A DNA stretch of 64,000 nt, from positions 45,560 through 109,559 of the forward strand of contig JAQWNJ010000022.1 in the NCBI GenBank assembly GCA_029268695.1, in the 5' to 3' direction. Shown in pieces: positions 50,597 to 60,653 of the stretch. This stretch comes from Bacteroidia bacterium. Its GTDB lineage: Bacteria > Bacteroidota > Bacteroidia > NS11-12g > UBA9320. Both the position numbers and the translations under genes were made by a program. A model generated the notes under the pieces. The model did not search any database, was not told where the DNA came from, and saw only the letters and a list, made by a program, of their open reading frames with translations. Position 1 is the stretch's first letter. Each line of letters starts with the position of its first letter.

Positions 50597-51859
50597 TTAA
50601 TACAATTTTACGCAGTTATTGTTAAATAGCCCCACAACCTTGCCTTTTTGTTCTTTCTCCCACTCGTGAGTATTTGAGGATTTAGAAGTATTGTTAGATT
50701 GGCTGAGTTGCCACTTTCTATTTAAATCGAATATAGTTAAGTTAGCCATGACTCCCTCTTCAATATTTGTATTTTTTTTGCCAAGTATATCGTTTGGCCC
50801 ATGAGTTAACGATTTCACAAAAATATCCATTGGTATATCTTTTGCTAAGTACTTCTCATACCAACTAAACATAAACTGCTGACTCAAAGCACCTGATTCG
50901 GCATAATCAAACTCCACAGCCTTTCCCTCAATGTTCTGAGGACTGTGATTACTTGAAATTGCGTCAATCGTACCATCAACAATACCTTGGATCAAAGCCC
51001 TTCGGTCAAACTCTGATCGTAATGGTGGATATACCTTGAAATTTTCATCAAATTGGAGTAATTCTTTTTCAGTAAAACACAAGTTTAAGATTGAAACATC
51101 AGAAGTTACCTGCTGCCCAGATTTTTTTGCATCTCTTATTATTTCAACTGATTTTGCAGTAGATATGCACGAAAAATGTATTGGAGTATCACAATATTTA
51201 GCAACCTCTAATTGTTGGTTCAAACTAACATATTCTGCAATTGACGGCGACATTTTTAGTCCTGTAGCAACCATCATGCTACTCTCATGAACTACTCCTC
51301 CGTGTTCTAATGACTTGTCGGAAGGATGTGAAATTATTATCCCATCGAATGGTTTAGTATACAATAATGCTTTTTTAAGAAGTCCGTTAGAGACCTCATC
51401 ATCTCCATTGGTGAATGCTACTGCTCCAGACTCATACATATCATACATTTCAGCAAGATCACCCTTGCTATTTGGATCTTCAATTATACCAGTCGGTAGA
51501 ATATTTACTAGGTGATTCTTAGAAGCATTAATCAAATATGAAACAGAAGCTTTATCTGCAATTTTAGGAGTAGTACTAGGAAGAGTAACTATGGAAGTAA
51601 ACCCACTAAATGCTGCTGTATCAAGGATATTATTCAGGGTATCTTTGTGTTCATAACCAGGATCAGTAAGTCCGGCCCTCATATCAATCCAACCTGAGCT
51701 TACACACAAATCATCCCCGACAATTTCCTCAGCATTACTCTCAGAAATATTATTCGCTATTTTTTCAATTTTACCATCACTTATTAATAGATCTACTCTA
51801 GAATTATGAGAGGAGTTTTCTTTTTGAATTAATGTTGCTTGTCTTATTATATATGTCAT
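50597..51859 (-). CDS. Dihydroorotase-like amidohydrolase-fold protein lacking metal ligands (PyrC'-like)
   Basis: Type I DHOase architecture (D..DPG.E.K, SGFT, KVYPPLR), but DMRAG replaces DxHxH and SNH replaces TDH. Confidence 0.88.
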   Translation of the reverse strand: MTYIIRQATLIQKENSSHNSRVDLLISDGKIEKIANNISESNAEEIVGDDLCVSSGWIDMRAGLTDPGYEHKDTLNNILDTAAFSGFTSIVTLPSTTPKIADKASVSYLINASKNHLVNILPTGIIEDPNSKGDLAEMYDMYESGAVAFTNGDDEVSNGLLKKALLYTKPFDGIIISHPSDKSLEHGGVVHESSMMVATGLKMSPSIAEYVSLNQQLEVAKYCDTPIHFSCISTAKSVEIIRDAKKSGQQVTSDVSILNLCFTEKELLQFDENFKVYPPLRSEFDRRALIQGIVDGTIDAISSNHSPQNIEGKAVEFDYAESGALSQQFMFSWYEKYLAKDIPMDIFVKSLTHGPNDILGKKNTNIEEGVMANLTIFDLNRKWQLSQSNNTSKSSNTHEWEKEQKGKVVGLFNNNCVKLY

Positions 51860-51872
51860 GGACACTCTGCAG

Positions 51873-53864
51873 CTATGATTTTACAAATCTTAACAAAAGT
51901 ATCTCTATCATTAGAAATATCAAACATACTAAAATAAAGACTTTCCACAACTGGCTTCTATTTTGCAAATCTTGAGTAGATTTTAAAAGTGATACCATAT
52001 TGTTTTTATTCATTGTAAATTGGGTATTATCAAAAACCTCATCAATTCTCACTTCATCAAGATAATTCTGATGGGACTCTTTTCTAGAGTAATTAAAAGC
52101 TAATTTGGCTATGGGTAATTCTTCTGAATCAAAAACAGAATAAATACCAGACTCAGATATCGCATCATTTAACCAAAACCTACTTCCTAAACTATGAGTA
52201 TATGATTCTGTCACAATATCGGAATTTCCTTTTCTTAGGTGAATCAAACCCGATGATTTTGGTAAATAAACAGGATTTGTCGAATTAATTTCAGAGGCAA
52301 TAGATTGTGTTTTTCTTTTACTGAAAGCAATCTTTAGTTGTATAATAACAAACAATTCACTAGATGTGTAATTGAAATTTGAATCAAAAGGAACAGTAGA
52401 TTGAAAAACTGAACCAGAGCCTATATCTGTTTTGGTCAATATTTCAGTACCATCTTTCAGATATATTATTTTGTCAGACTGGGGGTTTGATTTCAAACGA
52501 TAATACGTCTTGATCTTAGGTAAAAGCAAATTACTGGGAATTTGCTTGTAGGCATCTTTTAAGAAAACACCAGAAATACTTAAAGGAGACACACCCATCT
52601 CATCGTCCACTTTGATTTGATAATTTGAAATTCCTAATTCACTAAAAAAATCCGTGTAGCTACTATTAGAAACACCCGGAACAACAGATAAAACTCCACC
52701 ATCTTCAACAAAATTCTTAAGTTGACTGATTAAGCCAGAACTCATTTTTGGTAATTGGTTAAGTATAATACAATCGTAGAAATTCAATCCAGAATAATCA
52801 ATTTGATTTAAATCAGAATGAGAAAAATAAAAAAGAGAATCACTATCAAAAATTCTTGAAAATTCATCTGAATCTTCTCCTAGCTGAAGAACCTTAATCG
52901 ACGAATCAATCAATATTGAAAAATAATAAGAGTTATCAAAATCAATGGGTACATCTGAAACGGTTAGTTCACCACCTAACCAACCTGTACCTGAATAAAT
53001 AAAACTCAATGGCACATCTCTATATGAATTCTCAGGTATATCTATACTCTTGACCACACGTTGAACACCATTAATTTTTAGTGTGAGATTGGATAAAAAA
53101 TTGCCCTTTCTTCCATAATTATGAATGCGAGCCATCATCTCAATCGGTTTAAATGATTGTGTAATTGGCTTGATTAACCATACAGAATCAATAGCTAAAT
53201 TCTGTGACAAATTTGGATATACTGGACAAGCATAAATATGATAATTGCTATCCAATGCTATATTATCTGTTCTTTCTTGAGACTGAAAATCGCTAATTAA
53301 AAATGTATAGTTATGCCCATAAGAATCGGATTTAAACATAGATTCTATTTTTTTTAAGACTCCGGACAAATCGTTGGGTCTATGATCGATATCCATATTA
53401 TCAATCAATCTCAAAGCATTGGATGACGAATTAGTTTTATTACTTGAAAAGCTTAAACCGTTGTCTATAACTTGAATTTCTGAATTTTTTGGCAGAGTTC
53501 TTATGATTTCGCGTGCCTTGTTTTTGGCAACTTCAAACAATTGACCATTCTCCCCTTCAGCAAGCATACTTTGAGAATTATCTATATAAATACTAATCAA
53601 TTTGCGACCGAACAAACTATCTTTACTATGAATATAAGGTATTGCAAAAGCTAAAATTAATGATGATAATGCAATTATTCTGGTCAACAAGATTAGCCAT
53701 TTCCTAAGCTGCTTTGTTTTGCGACTTTGAGTCTCAATTTCTTTTAGCATAGTCACATTACTAAAGACAACTTTCTTGTATCTCCTAAAATTAAAAAGAT
53801 GAATAATTATAGGAATAATCAAAAGCAATAAAGCCCACAGAAATTGAGGAAATAAAAATTTCAT
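51873..53864 (-). CDS. BatA-domain / vWA membrane protein
   Basis: MKFLFPQFLWALLLLIIPIIIHLFNFRR.K.V.FSN BatA motif; IYIDNSQSM, ISDFQ; C-terminal LW..F...CL.FL..E; TAAATTCG at 53875-53882. Confidence 0.9.
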   Translation of the reverse strand: MKFLFPQFLWALLLLIIPIIIHLFNFRRYKKVVFSNVTMLKEIETQSRKTKQLRKWLILLTRIIALSSLILAFAIPYIHSKDSLFGRKLISIYIDNSQSMLAEGENGQLFEVAKNKAREIIRTLPKNSEIQVIDNGLSFSSNKTNSSSNALRLIDNMDIDHRPNDLSGVLKKIESMFKSDSYGHNYTFLISDFQSQERTDNIALDSNYHIYACPVYPNLSQNLAIDSVWLIKPITQSFKPIEMMARIHNYGRKGNFLSNLTLKINGVQRVVKSIDIPENSYRDVPLSFIYSGTGWLGGELTVSDVPIDFDNSYYFSILIDSSIKVLQLGEDSDEFSRIFDSDSLFYFSHSDLNQIDYSGLNFYDCIILNQLPKMSSGLISQLKNFVEDGGVLSVVPGVSNSSYTDFFSELGISNYQIKVDDEMGVSPLSISGVFLKDAYKQIPSNLLLPKIKTYYRLKSNPQSDKIIYLKDGTEILTKTDIGSGSVFQSTVPFDSNFNYTSSELFVIIQLKIAFSKRKTQSIASEINSTNPVYLPKSSGLIHLRKGNSDIVTESYTHSLGSRFWLNDAISESGIYSVFDSEELPIAKLAFNYSRKESHQNYLDEVRIDEVFDNTQFTMNKNNMVSLLKSTQDLQNRSQLWKVFILVCLIFLMIEILLLRFVKS

Positions 53865-53969
53865 TTAATCTATGCGAATTTAGGTAACCCCATGAAACAA
53901 TTACACTACAAAATACCTTGATTCAGAAATTACTCGAAAGTCATCTGCTCAATACCCATATTCATATTG

Positions 53970-53977
53970 TATGTTTG
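53970..53977 (+). promoter_or_regulatory. -7 element TATGTTTG
   Basis: Exact TAnnTTTG 10 nt upstream of TTG 53988. Confidence 0.5.
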
Positions 53978-53987
53978 CCCTACCAGT

Positions 53988-55901
53988 TTGAAACTTTCAA
54001 TAGTCATAGTCAATTATAATGTAAAGCACTTCCTCGAACAGTGTCTAAAATCTGTTTATCAAGCTATTCAAAACATTGAAGCAGAAATATTCGTAGTTGA
54101 CAATAACTCAGTCGATGAGTCTCAAGAGATGGTTCGTTCTTCATTTCCTGAGGTTAATCTTATTTCTAATGCAAAGAATACCGGCTTTAGTAAAGCCAAT
54201 AATCAAGCAATAAAAAAATCAATTGGGGAGTATATTTTACTTCTAAATCCAGACACCATTGTTCCTGAGAATTGTTTTGATAATATTATAAAATTTGCTG
54301 ACCAAACTCCTGATTTAGGTGGTTGTGGCGTACCTATGTTTGACGGACAAGGAAATTATCTCCCTGAAAGTAAACGTGGATTACCTTCACCCGAAGTAGC
54401 TTTTTATAAAATGGTTGGATTAAATAAACTTTTTCCAAAATCTAAGAAATTCGGGAAATATCACCTCGGTTATTTACCTGCTAATCAAAATCACGAAGTC
54501 GAAATTTTAGCTGGGGCGTTTATGCTTATCCGAAAGGAAGTATTGGATAAAATTGGACTTCTGGACGAAACTTTTTTTATGTACGGTGAGGACATTGACT
54601 TAAGTTATCGCATCACGAAAGCTGGTTGGAAAAATTACTACTTTGCAGGTTCTCGAATCATTCACTACAAAGGAGAAAGTACAAAAAAAATCAGTACCAA
54701 TTACGTTAAAATATTTTATAAGGCTATGGTGATTTTTGCTGAAAAACACTATGCTGGAGGCAATCAAAAGCTATTCAAACTATTTATAAACTTAGCCATT
54801 TATGGCCGAGCTAGCATCAGTTTAATAAATACTTTTATCCAACGATTTTGGCTTGCCTCACTTGAATCAATCCTTATATTTTTAAGCTTATTTTTACTTA
54901 AAGAATATTGGGAAGAACATATCAAAGGAATCACATCTTACCCTAAAGAAATGCTAACAATTCACCTCCCCTATTACACACTAGTATGGGTTTTTAGCAT
55001 TGCTTTCAATGGGTCTTATCAGGCCCCATTCAACTTTAGTAAATTAGTTCGAAGTATTCTAATTGGCACATTGGTTATTCTAATGATATATGGTCTTCTC
55101 CCCAACCACTTGCATTTTAGCCGAGGAATTATTTTGTTTGGGACACTTGTTGTTTCTGCCATTTTATTCTCTTGGAGAACACTATATCATTTGTTAAAAT
55201 ACAAAACGCTTGACTTCTCACAAAAATCAAACATTAAAAGTGTACTTATTGGAAGTGAGAAAAAGTGGATTGAATTATCAAAGATTCTTAGCAGCTATCA
55301 AAAGGATTACCAGCAAGTTGGTTTTATTTCAGATAAAAAAAGCGAATCATCTCAATGGTTAGGTACAAAGAAACAACTAAAAGAAATTATCCATATTTAC
55401 GGGATTAATGAATTAATTTTTAGCAACGAAACCGTAAGTACAAAATATACCATTCAAATTATGAATGAATTAGGCCCCAGTATAAACTACTATACGATAC
55501 CTTCTGCAAGTAGTTTTGTAATAGGAAGTCAATCAAAAAACTCCAATGGATTGTATTTTGGCCAACAAATTGAACTCAATCTTAGCAAAAATGAATATCG
55601 AACTCAAAAAAGATTTTTTGACATTTTGTTAGCTCTTCTGCTCATATCCTCCTGCCCTCTTTGGATCTTTTTCAAAAGAACTCGCTTGAGATTAAGCTAT
55701 TCCATCGATGTTTTATTAGGGAAAAAAACATGGGTTGGATATGCTAGTGATAGTGATGACCTTCCATCAATAAAGCCAGGTGTTTTTGCAACAGACTACC
55801 AACTTGAAGATAAAAACAGTGGATTCCAAAAAAATCTAGACTTGCTTTACGCAAAGAATTACACGGTATACAATGACTTAAGGATTTTCTTATCCTGCTA
55901 A
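53988..55901 (+). CDS. GT2 glycosyltransferase fused to TM bundle, Rossmann-like domain and truncated sugar-transferase domain
   Basis: LSIVIVNYN, VDNNSVD, GFSKANN, LLNPD, MYGEDIDL, HYKGES; tail QKRFFD...KKTWVGY...KPGV. Confidence 0.9.
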   Translation: MKLSIVIVNYNVKHFLEQCLKSVYQAIQNIEAEIFVVDNNSVDESQEMVRSSFPEVNLISNAKNTGFSKANNQAIKKSIGEYILLLNPDTIVPENCFDNIIKFADQTPDLGGCGVPMFDGQGNYLPESKRGLPSPEVAFYKMVGLNKLFPKSKKFGKYHLGYLPANQNHEVEILAGAFMLIRKEVLDKIGLLDETFFMYGEDIDLSYRITKAGWKNYYFAGSRIIHYKGESTKKISTNYVKIFYKAMVIFAEKHYAGGNQKLFKLFINLAIYGRASISLINTFIQRFWLASLESILIFLSLFLLKEYWEEHIKGITSYPKEMLTIHLPYYTLVWVFSIAFNGSYQAPFNFSKLVRSILIGTLVILMIYGLLPNHLHFSRGIILFGTLVVSAILFSWRTLYHLLKYKTLDFSQKSNIKSVLIGSEKKWIELSKILSSYQKDYQQVGFISDKKSESSQWLGTKKQLKEIIHIYGINELIFSNETVSTKYTIQIMNELGPSINYYTIPSASSFVIGSQSKNSNGLYFGQQIELNLSKNEYRTQKRFFDILLALLLISSCPLWIFFKRTRLRLSYSIDVLLGKKTWVGYASDSDDLPSIKPGVFATDYQLEDKNSGFQKNLDLLYAKNYTVYNDLRIFLSC

Positions 55902-56339
55902 CAGCCCCTTGACGATATCGGCGATTAATTTACCATCAGCTTTCCCTTTAAGTTTTCCGTTTGCCATCCCCATAACCTTCCCCATATCCCTCATACTGCT
56001 CGCACCTAATTGAGTGATGATAGATTTCACTTCGGCTTCTACCTGAACACTAGTAAGCTGAGCTGGAAGAAATTTCTCAATCACAGATAATTCTTCTTCC
56101 TCTATTTTTGACAAATCTGTTCTACCTTGGTCATTAAAAATTTTAATAGAATCTTTCCGTTGCTTAGCCATTTTGACCAAGGCCTCCATCTCATCTTTTT
56201 CAGTAACATCTCCTCCTCCTTCTTGTGTTTGAAGTAATAGTAATGAAGCTTTAATTGCTCTTAAACCACGCAGAGTACTTTGATCTTTTGCTTTCATTGC
56301 CTGCTTTAATTGGTCGTTAATCTGTTGTGACAAACTCAT
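55890..56339 (-). CDS. GatB/YqeY domain protein
   Basis: MSL...LKQAMKAKD, KQRKDSI, EEEL.VIE.FLP, DMGKVMG. Confidence 0.95.
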   Translation of the reverse strand: MSLSQQINDQLKQAMKAKDQSTLRGLRAIKASLLLLQTQEGGGDVTEKDEMEALVKMAKQRKDSIKIFNDQGRTDLSKIEEEELSVIEKFLPAQLTSVQVEAEVKSIITQLGASSMRDMGKVMGMANGKLKGKADGKLIADIVKGLLAG

Positions 56340-56343
56340 AGAG

Positions 56344-56351
56344 CAAATTTA
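56344..56351 (-). promoter_or_regulatory. -7 element TAAATTTG, 4 nt before ATG
   Basis: Exact TAnnTTTG. Confidence 0.55.
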
Positions 56352-56390
56352 ACGACAAAAAGGGAGTATCTAATTGATTCGATACAAAAC

Positions 56391-57500
56391 CTAATCAACA
56401 AATGGTAGTTTGACTACCCTAGCCTTAATTCTGTTTTTCCTAATTTGGATATAGAATTCTTCACCAATAGAAGAGTTTGAGGATTTAACATACCCCATTC
56501 CAATGGCTTTGCCAAGACTTGGACTTTGAGTCCCGCTTGTTACCTCACCGATGAGGTTTTCGTACATATCATAAATCAAATAATGCTGTCTTGGAATACC
56601 TCTGTCTAACATTTCAAAACCAACAAGTTTTTTTTCTGGTCCATTATCTTTAATATTTTTATGATATGTAGAATGATTAAAGGGCTCACTAAATTTTGTA
56701 ATCCAACCCAAACCTGCTTCAATAGGAGAAGTTTTATCATTGATGTCATTGCCGTATAAACAGTATCCTTTTTCCAACCTAAGAGTATCCCTAGCACCCA
56801 AACCGGAAGGTGTAATGTTGAATTCTTCTCCTGCACTCATGATAGCATCCCAAATCATTTCAGCCTCATGATTCCATACATATAGTTCAAATCCTCCTGA
56901 ACCGGTGTAACCTGTATTACTTATTACCACATCCTCACTCCCACCAAAGCTTCCCGCATCAAAGTGATAAAATCTAATTCCATCTAGATCAATTGGTGTT
57001 AATTTTTGAAGTACCTTACTGGCATTTGGTCCTTGAACAGCGATTAGTGACACATCGTCTGAAATATCTTCCAATTCACAATCAAATCCTTTAGCATTCT
57101 TTTGCTCCATAATCCAATCCCAATCTTTTGAAATATTACTTGCATTCACCACTAACGTATATTCATTTTGATTCCATCGATAAACAATTAAATCATCTAC
57201 AATACCACCCTGATTATTGGGCATACAATTATATTGAGCCTGCATATCTACCATTCTAATGATACTATTAGAACATACCCAAGATATGAGGGCTTCAGCA
57301 TCTTTACCTTTTACACTGAATTCTCCCATATGACTAACATCAAATAATCCAACACTTTCTCTTACGGCATGATGCTCGGCTGCGAGACCTGTATATTGAA
57401 CAGGCATCTCATAACCTGCAAATGGGACCATTTTAGCACCTAATTCAATGTGCTTGTTATACAATTTTGTTCTTTTTAATGTGGAGATTTCTGATGACAT
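56391..57500 (-). CDS. gcvT: Glycine cleavage system aminomethyltransferase
   Basis: FAGYEMPVQY, FDVSHMGE, DDLIVY, VNASN, TGYTGSGGFE, GLGARDTLRLE; ATG 57500. Confidence 0.98.
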   Translation of the reverse strand: MSSEISTLKRTKLYNKHIELGAKMVPFAGYEMPVQYTGLAAEHHAVRESVGLFDVSHMGEFSVKGKDAEALISWVCSNSIIRMVDMQAQYNCMPNNQGGIVDDLIVYRWNQNEYTLVVNASNISKDWDWIMEQKNAKGFDCELEDISDDVSLIAVQGPNASKVLQKLTPIDLDGIRFYHFDAGSFGGSEDVVISNTGYTGSGGFELYVWNHEAEMIWDAIMSAGEEFNITPSGLGARDTLRLEKGYCLYGNDINDKTSPIEAGLGWITKFSEPFNHSTYHKNIKDNGPEKKLVGFEMLDRGIPRQHYLIYDMYENLIGEVTSGTQSPSLGKAIGMGYVKSSNSSIGEEFYIQIRKNRIKARVVKLPFVD

Positions 57501-57572
57501 GGTGCAAATTAAATTCAAGTTAACAACTAAACCTTCAAGAGGACTATAAAAAATAGAATTAAGTCTAGTTGA

Positions 57573-59204
57573 CTACAAATTCAAGAATTTATTAAAAGCG
57601 TTTTGATTCTCTTGTTCATCCGTTATAAGTTCGAGAACAGCAGCACCCTGATATGAATCAAATTGATTGTAACAACTCCTTAAACTAGTTACATCATTTG
57701 CTACAAAATACGCTATTCCAAAATGGTCACATAGTGAAGAAGCATTTAAAAAATGAGGAGTGGTTTGAAACTTTATCGACTCACCTAAACTTTCTGGACC
57801 TTTAATCAGATTAAAAATTCCACCACCATGGTTATTTAGTATAATAATCTTAAGATTCTTGGGCACATGCTCATTGAAGAATACATTAACATCATAAAAA
57901 AATGCAATATCACCTGTGATAAGCTTTACATTCTGATCACTAACAAGAGCATTACCTAGGGCTGTGCTAGAACATCCATCTATCCCACTTGTGCCTCTAT
58001 TAGCATAGATCTTATTTCCATCATTCTTTTTGTTTATTAAAAAAGACGCGTATCGAACAGGCATCGAATTACTGAAATGAAGAATATCATTCGAATTCAA
58101 TTTCTCCAATATAAAATTCACAACGGAGAATTCATGATATCCTAACCAATCTAATTGACTGAATTTCAATTGAAATGATTTGGTCATATTAATCCATGCA
58201 TTCAAAAAACCTTTTTCTAGTTGTACATTGTCTGAGTGTGAGATTTGAATGTCTGATTGATGAATAATCTGGGGTTGCGTACCAAACATATCCCCCACTT
58301 CATCATAATTTGAAATATGAAAATGAACTTCAGGTTTATGAATACTTAAAAAATGCTTAAGCCCTTTTGAAACTGTTGTTGTACCAGTGGTTATGAGCAC
58401 GTCAGGGGACAATACTTTAAGTGCCTCTATACCTCCCTTTTTTGATAATGAAGAAAACAACATCGCATCCCAGTAGCTCACATTACTATCTTTGTAGGAG
58501 GTTATATCCGATAAGATTACTGCGTCATCTGAGTTAATTATAACTCTCTCTCCATCATCCATCCCATTAAAAATAAGTACTTTTTTATGATCAAATGAGG
58601 TATTTTTTGCAGCAGCAATTGAGCTTAGGTTTAATCTTAGTTCAGGTGCTTGATATAAATTAACTTCTGATTTAGATAAGTCCTCTGATTTATTAAAGTC
58701 ATAAAATGGTTCTCTGATTGGAACATTGATATGAACGGGTCCTGGTAATTCAGACTCAATACATTTTTGAATTCGATTCCCAATAGCCCTAAATGCGGAT
58801 TCATCGTCAAAAGAGTCGGGTGTTTGAAACTCACCACGAATATGATTTCTGAATACATTTTTTTGACGAATAGCTTGACCATCCCAAGCATCAATTTTTT
58901 CAATAGGTCGATCGGCAGTTATGATAATTAATGGAACTCTTGCGTAATAAGCCTCTGCAATAGCGGGATAATAGTTGAGTGATGCGGTACCACTAGTACA
59001 CGATAAAATTACGGGTTGACGGGTATGTTTAGCCATACCCAATGCTATAAAACCTGCACTTCGTTCATCAATGACCGAATAACAAATCTTTTTAGTATGA
59101 TTCAATGCAAATAAAACAGGAGCATTTCTACTCCCAGGAGAAATTACAGCATTATCTCCTGGTAGATTTTGTACTAATGCTTTTATGCACGATTGAACAC
59201 TCAT
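57573..59204 (-). CDS. menD: SEPHCHC synthase
   Basis: SPGSRNAP, DERSAGF, CTSGTA, TADRP, NRGTSGIDG, GDIAF, NNHGGGIF; TATATTCG at 59235-59242. Confidence 0.96.
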   Translation of the reverse strand: MSVQSCIKALVQNLPGDNAVISPGSRNAPVLFALNHTKKICYSVIDERSAGFIALGMAKHTRQPVILSCTSGTASLNYYPAIAEAYYARVPLIIITADRPIEKIDAWDGQAIRQKNVFRNHIRGEFQTPDSFDDESAFRAIGNRIQKCIESELPGPVHINVPIREPFYDFNKSEDLSKSEVNLYQAPELRLNLSSIAAAKNTSFDHKKVLIFNGMDDGERVIINSDDAVILSDITSYKDSNVSYWDAMLFSSLSKKGGIEALKVLSPDVLITTGTTTVSKGLKHFLSIHKPEVHFHISNYDEVGDMFGTQPQIIHQSDIQISHSDNVQLEKGFLNAWINMTKSFQLKFSQLDWLGYHEFSVVNFILEKLNSNDILHFSNSMPVRYASFLINKKNDGNKIYANRGTSGIDGCSSTALGNALVSDQNVKLITGDIAFFYDVNVFFNEHVPKNLKIIILNNHGGGIFNLIKGPESLGESIKFQTTPHFLNASSLCDHFGIAYFVANDVTSLRSCYNQFDSYQGAAVLELITDEQENQNAFNKFLNL

Positions 59205-59391
59205 TAATTCTATAGCTTCTCTTAGAAGAACACACGAATATACATATGGATTTACTTATCCGATACCATGCCCGTGTATGATTTCAATTTGAACTTCAGG
59301 TTATATGGTACTTGTTAGGAATACCTAAAATAAATTGATCATCTTAATATAAAATCTCACTGAATGGACCTCTTAAGTTGAAAATCTGTTT

Positions 59392-59399
59392 TACCTTTG
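59392..59399 (+). promoter_or_regulatory. sucB -7 element TACCTTTG
   Basis: Exact TAnnTTTG 21 nt upstream of ATG. Confidence 0.55.
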
Positions 59400-59420
59400 A
59401 TGTTCAATTGTATAACATAA

Positions 59421-60650
59421 ATGTCAGTAGAGTTAAAAATACCATCTGTTGGAGAATCAATTACCCAAGTAACGATTGCTAGCTGGTTGAAAGAAGATGG
59501 AGATTATGTTGAAATGGACGAAGCTGTAGCAGAGCTCGAGAGTGACAAGGCTACAGTAGAGTTGAATGCTGAACAAGCAGGAATTCTAAAAATTATGATT
59601 GAAGAAGGTGAAGATGTAGAGATTGGATCCGTGGTGGCATCTATTGACACGAATACTGAGCCACCAGCTGAAAAAGTTGCATCTGCCTCAGAAAGTACTC
59701 CTGCAAAAAAAGAAGAACCTAACCCAAAAACAGAAGAGTTCGTTAAAAGTAGCACTCTTAATTACGCAACGGGTTCACCAAGCCCAGCTGCCAACAAAAT
59801 ACTTGCTGAAAAAGGGATATCTGCCCAGACAATTACAGGGACAGGTAAAGATGGAAGAATCACTAAATATGATGCAATTCTTGCCAATGCAGATACAAAC
59901 TACAATGAGCCTTCTGAGCCTAGCCGTGATCAGCATCGAGAAAAAATGAGCAACTTACGAAAAACAGTTGCTAGAAGATTGGTCTCTGCCAAAAATGAAA
60001 CAGCAATGCTTACCACCTTTAATGAGGTAAACATGCAACCTATTTTTGACATCAGATCAAAATATAAAGAAAGATTTAAAGAAATGCATGGGGTTAATCT
60101 TGGCTTCATGAGTTTCTTCACTCGAGCTTGTGCTTTAAGCTTGCAAAAATTCCCAAAAGTTAATGCATTTATTGATGGAGAAGAAATGGTGATGAATGAT
60201 TTTGTTGATGTTTCTATTGCTGTGAGTAGCCCTAAAGGATTGATGGTTCCAGTCATGAGAAATGTAGAAAATATGACCTTATGGGACATCGAGAGTGAAG
60301 TGAAAAGACTAGCAATTAAAGCTCGTGACGGCAAACTATCCATTCCTGAAATGACTGGAGGTACTTTTACCATTACGAATGGAGGGGTTTTTGGGAGTAT
60401 GTTAAGTACTCCGATTATCAATCCTCCGCAAAGTGCTATTCTTGGCATGCACAATATCGTTGAAAGACCTGTTGTAGAAAAGGGTAATATTGTTGCAAGA
60501 CCTGTTATGTATGTTGCTTTGAGCTACGACCATAGAATCATTGATGGTAAAGAATCCGTTGGATTCTTAGTTAGTGTTAAAAACTATCTAGAAAATCCAG
60601 AGACTATGCTCATGGGTAAAGACCCCATGGACCTTTTAATGGGACTTTAA
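59421..60650 (+). CDS. sucB: 2-oxoglutarate dehydrogenase E2 (dihydrolipoyl succinyltransferase)
   Basis: Lipoyl ESDKAT, E3-binding [34 protein letters not shown]. Confidence 0.97.
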   Translation: MSVELKIPSVGESITQVTIASWLKEDGDYVEMDEAVAELESDKATVELNAEQAGILKIMIEEGEDVEIGSVVASIDTNTEPPAEKVASASESTPAKKEEPNPKTEEFVKSSTLNYATGSPSPAANKILAEKGISAQTITGTGKDGRITKYDAILANADTNYNEPSEPSRDQHREKMSNLRKTVARRLVSAKNETAMLTTFNEVNMQPIFDIRSKYKERFKEMHGVNLGFMSFFTRACALSLQKFPKVNAFIDGEEMVMNDFVDVSIAVSSPKGLMVPVMRNVENMTLWDIESEVKRLAIKARDGKLSIPEMTGGTFTITNGGVFGSMLSTPIINPPQSAILGMHNIVERPVVEKGNIVARPVMYVALSYDHRIIDGKESVGFLVSVKNYLENPETMLMGKDPMDLLMGL

Positions 60651-60653
60651 AAT

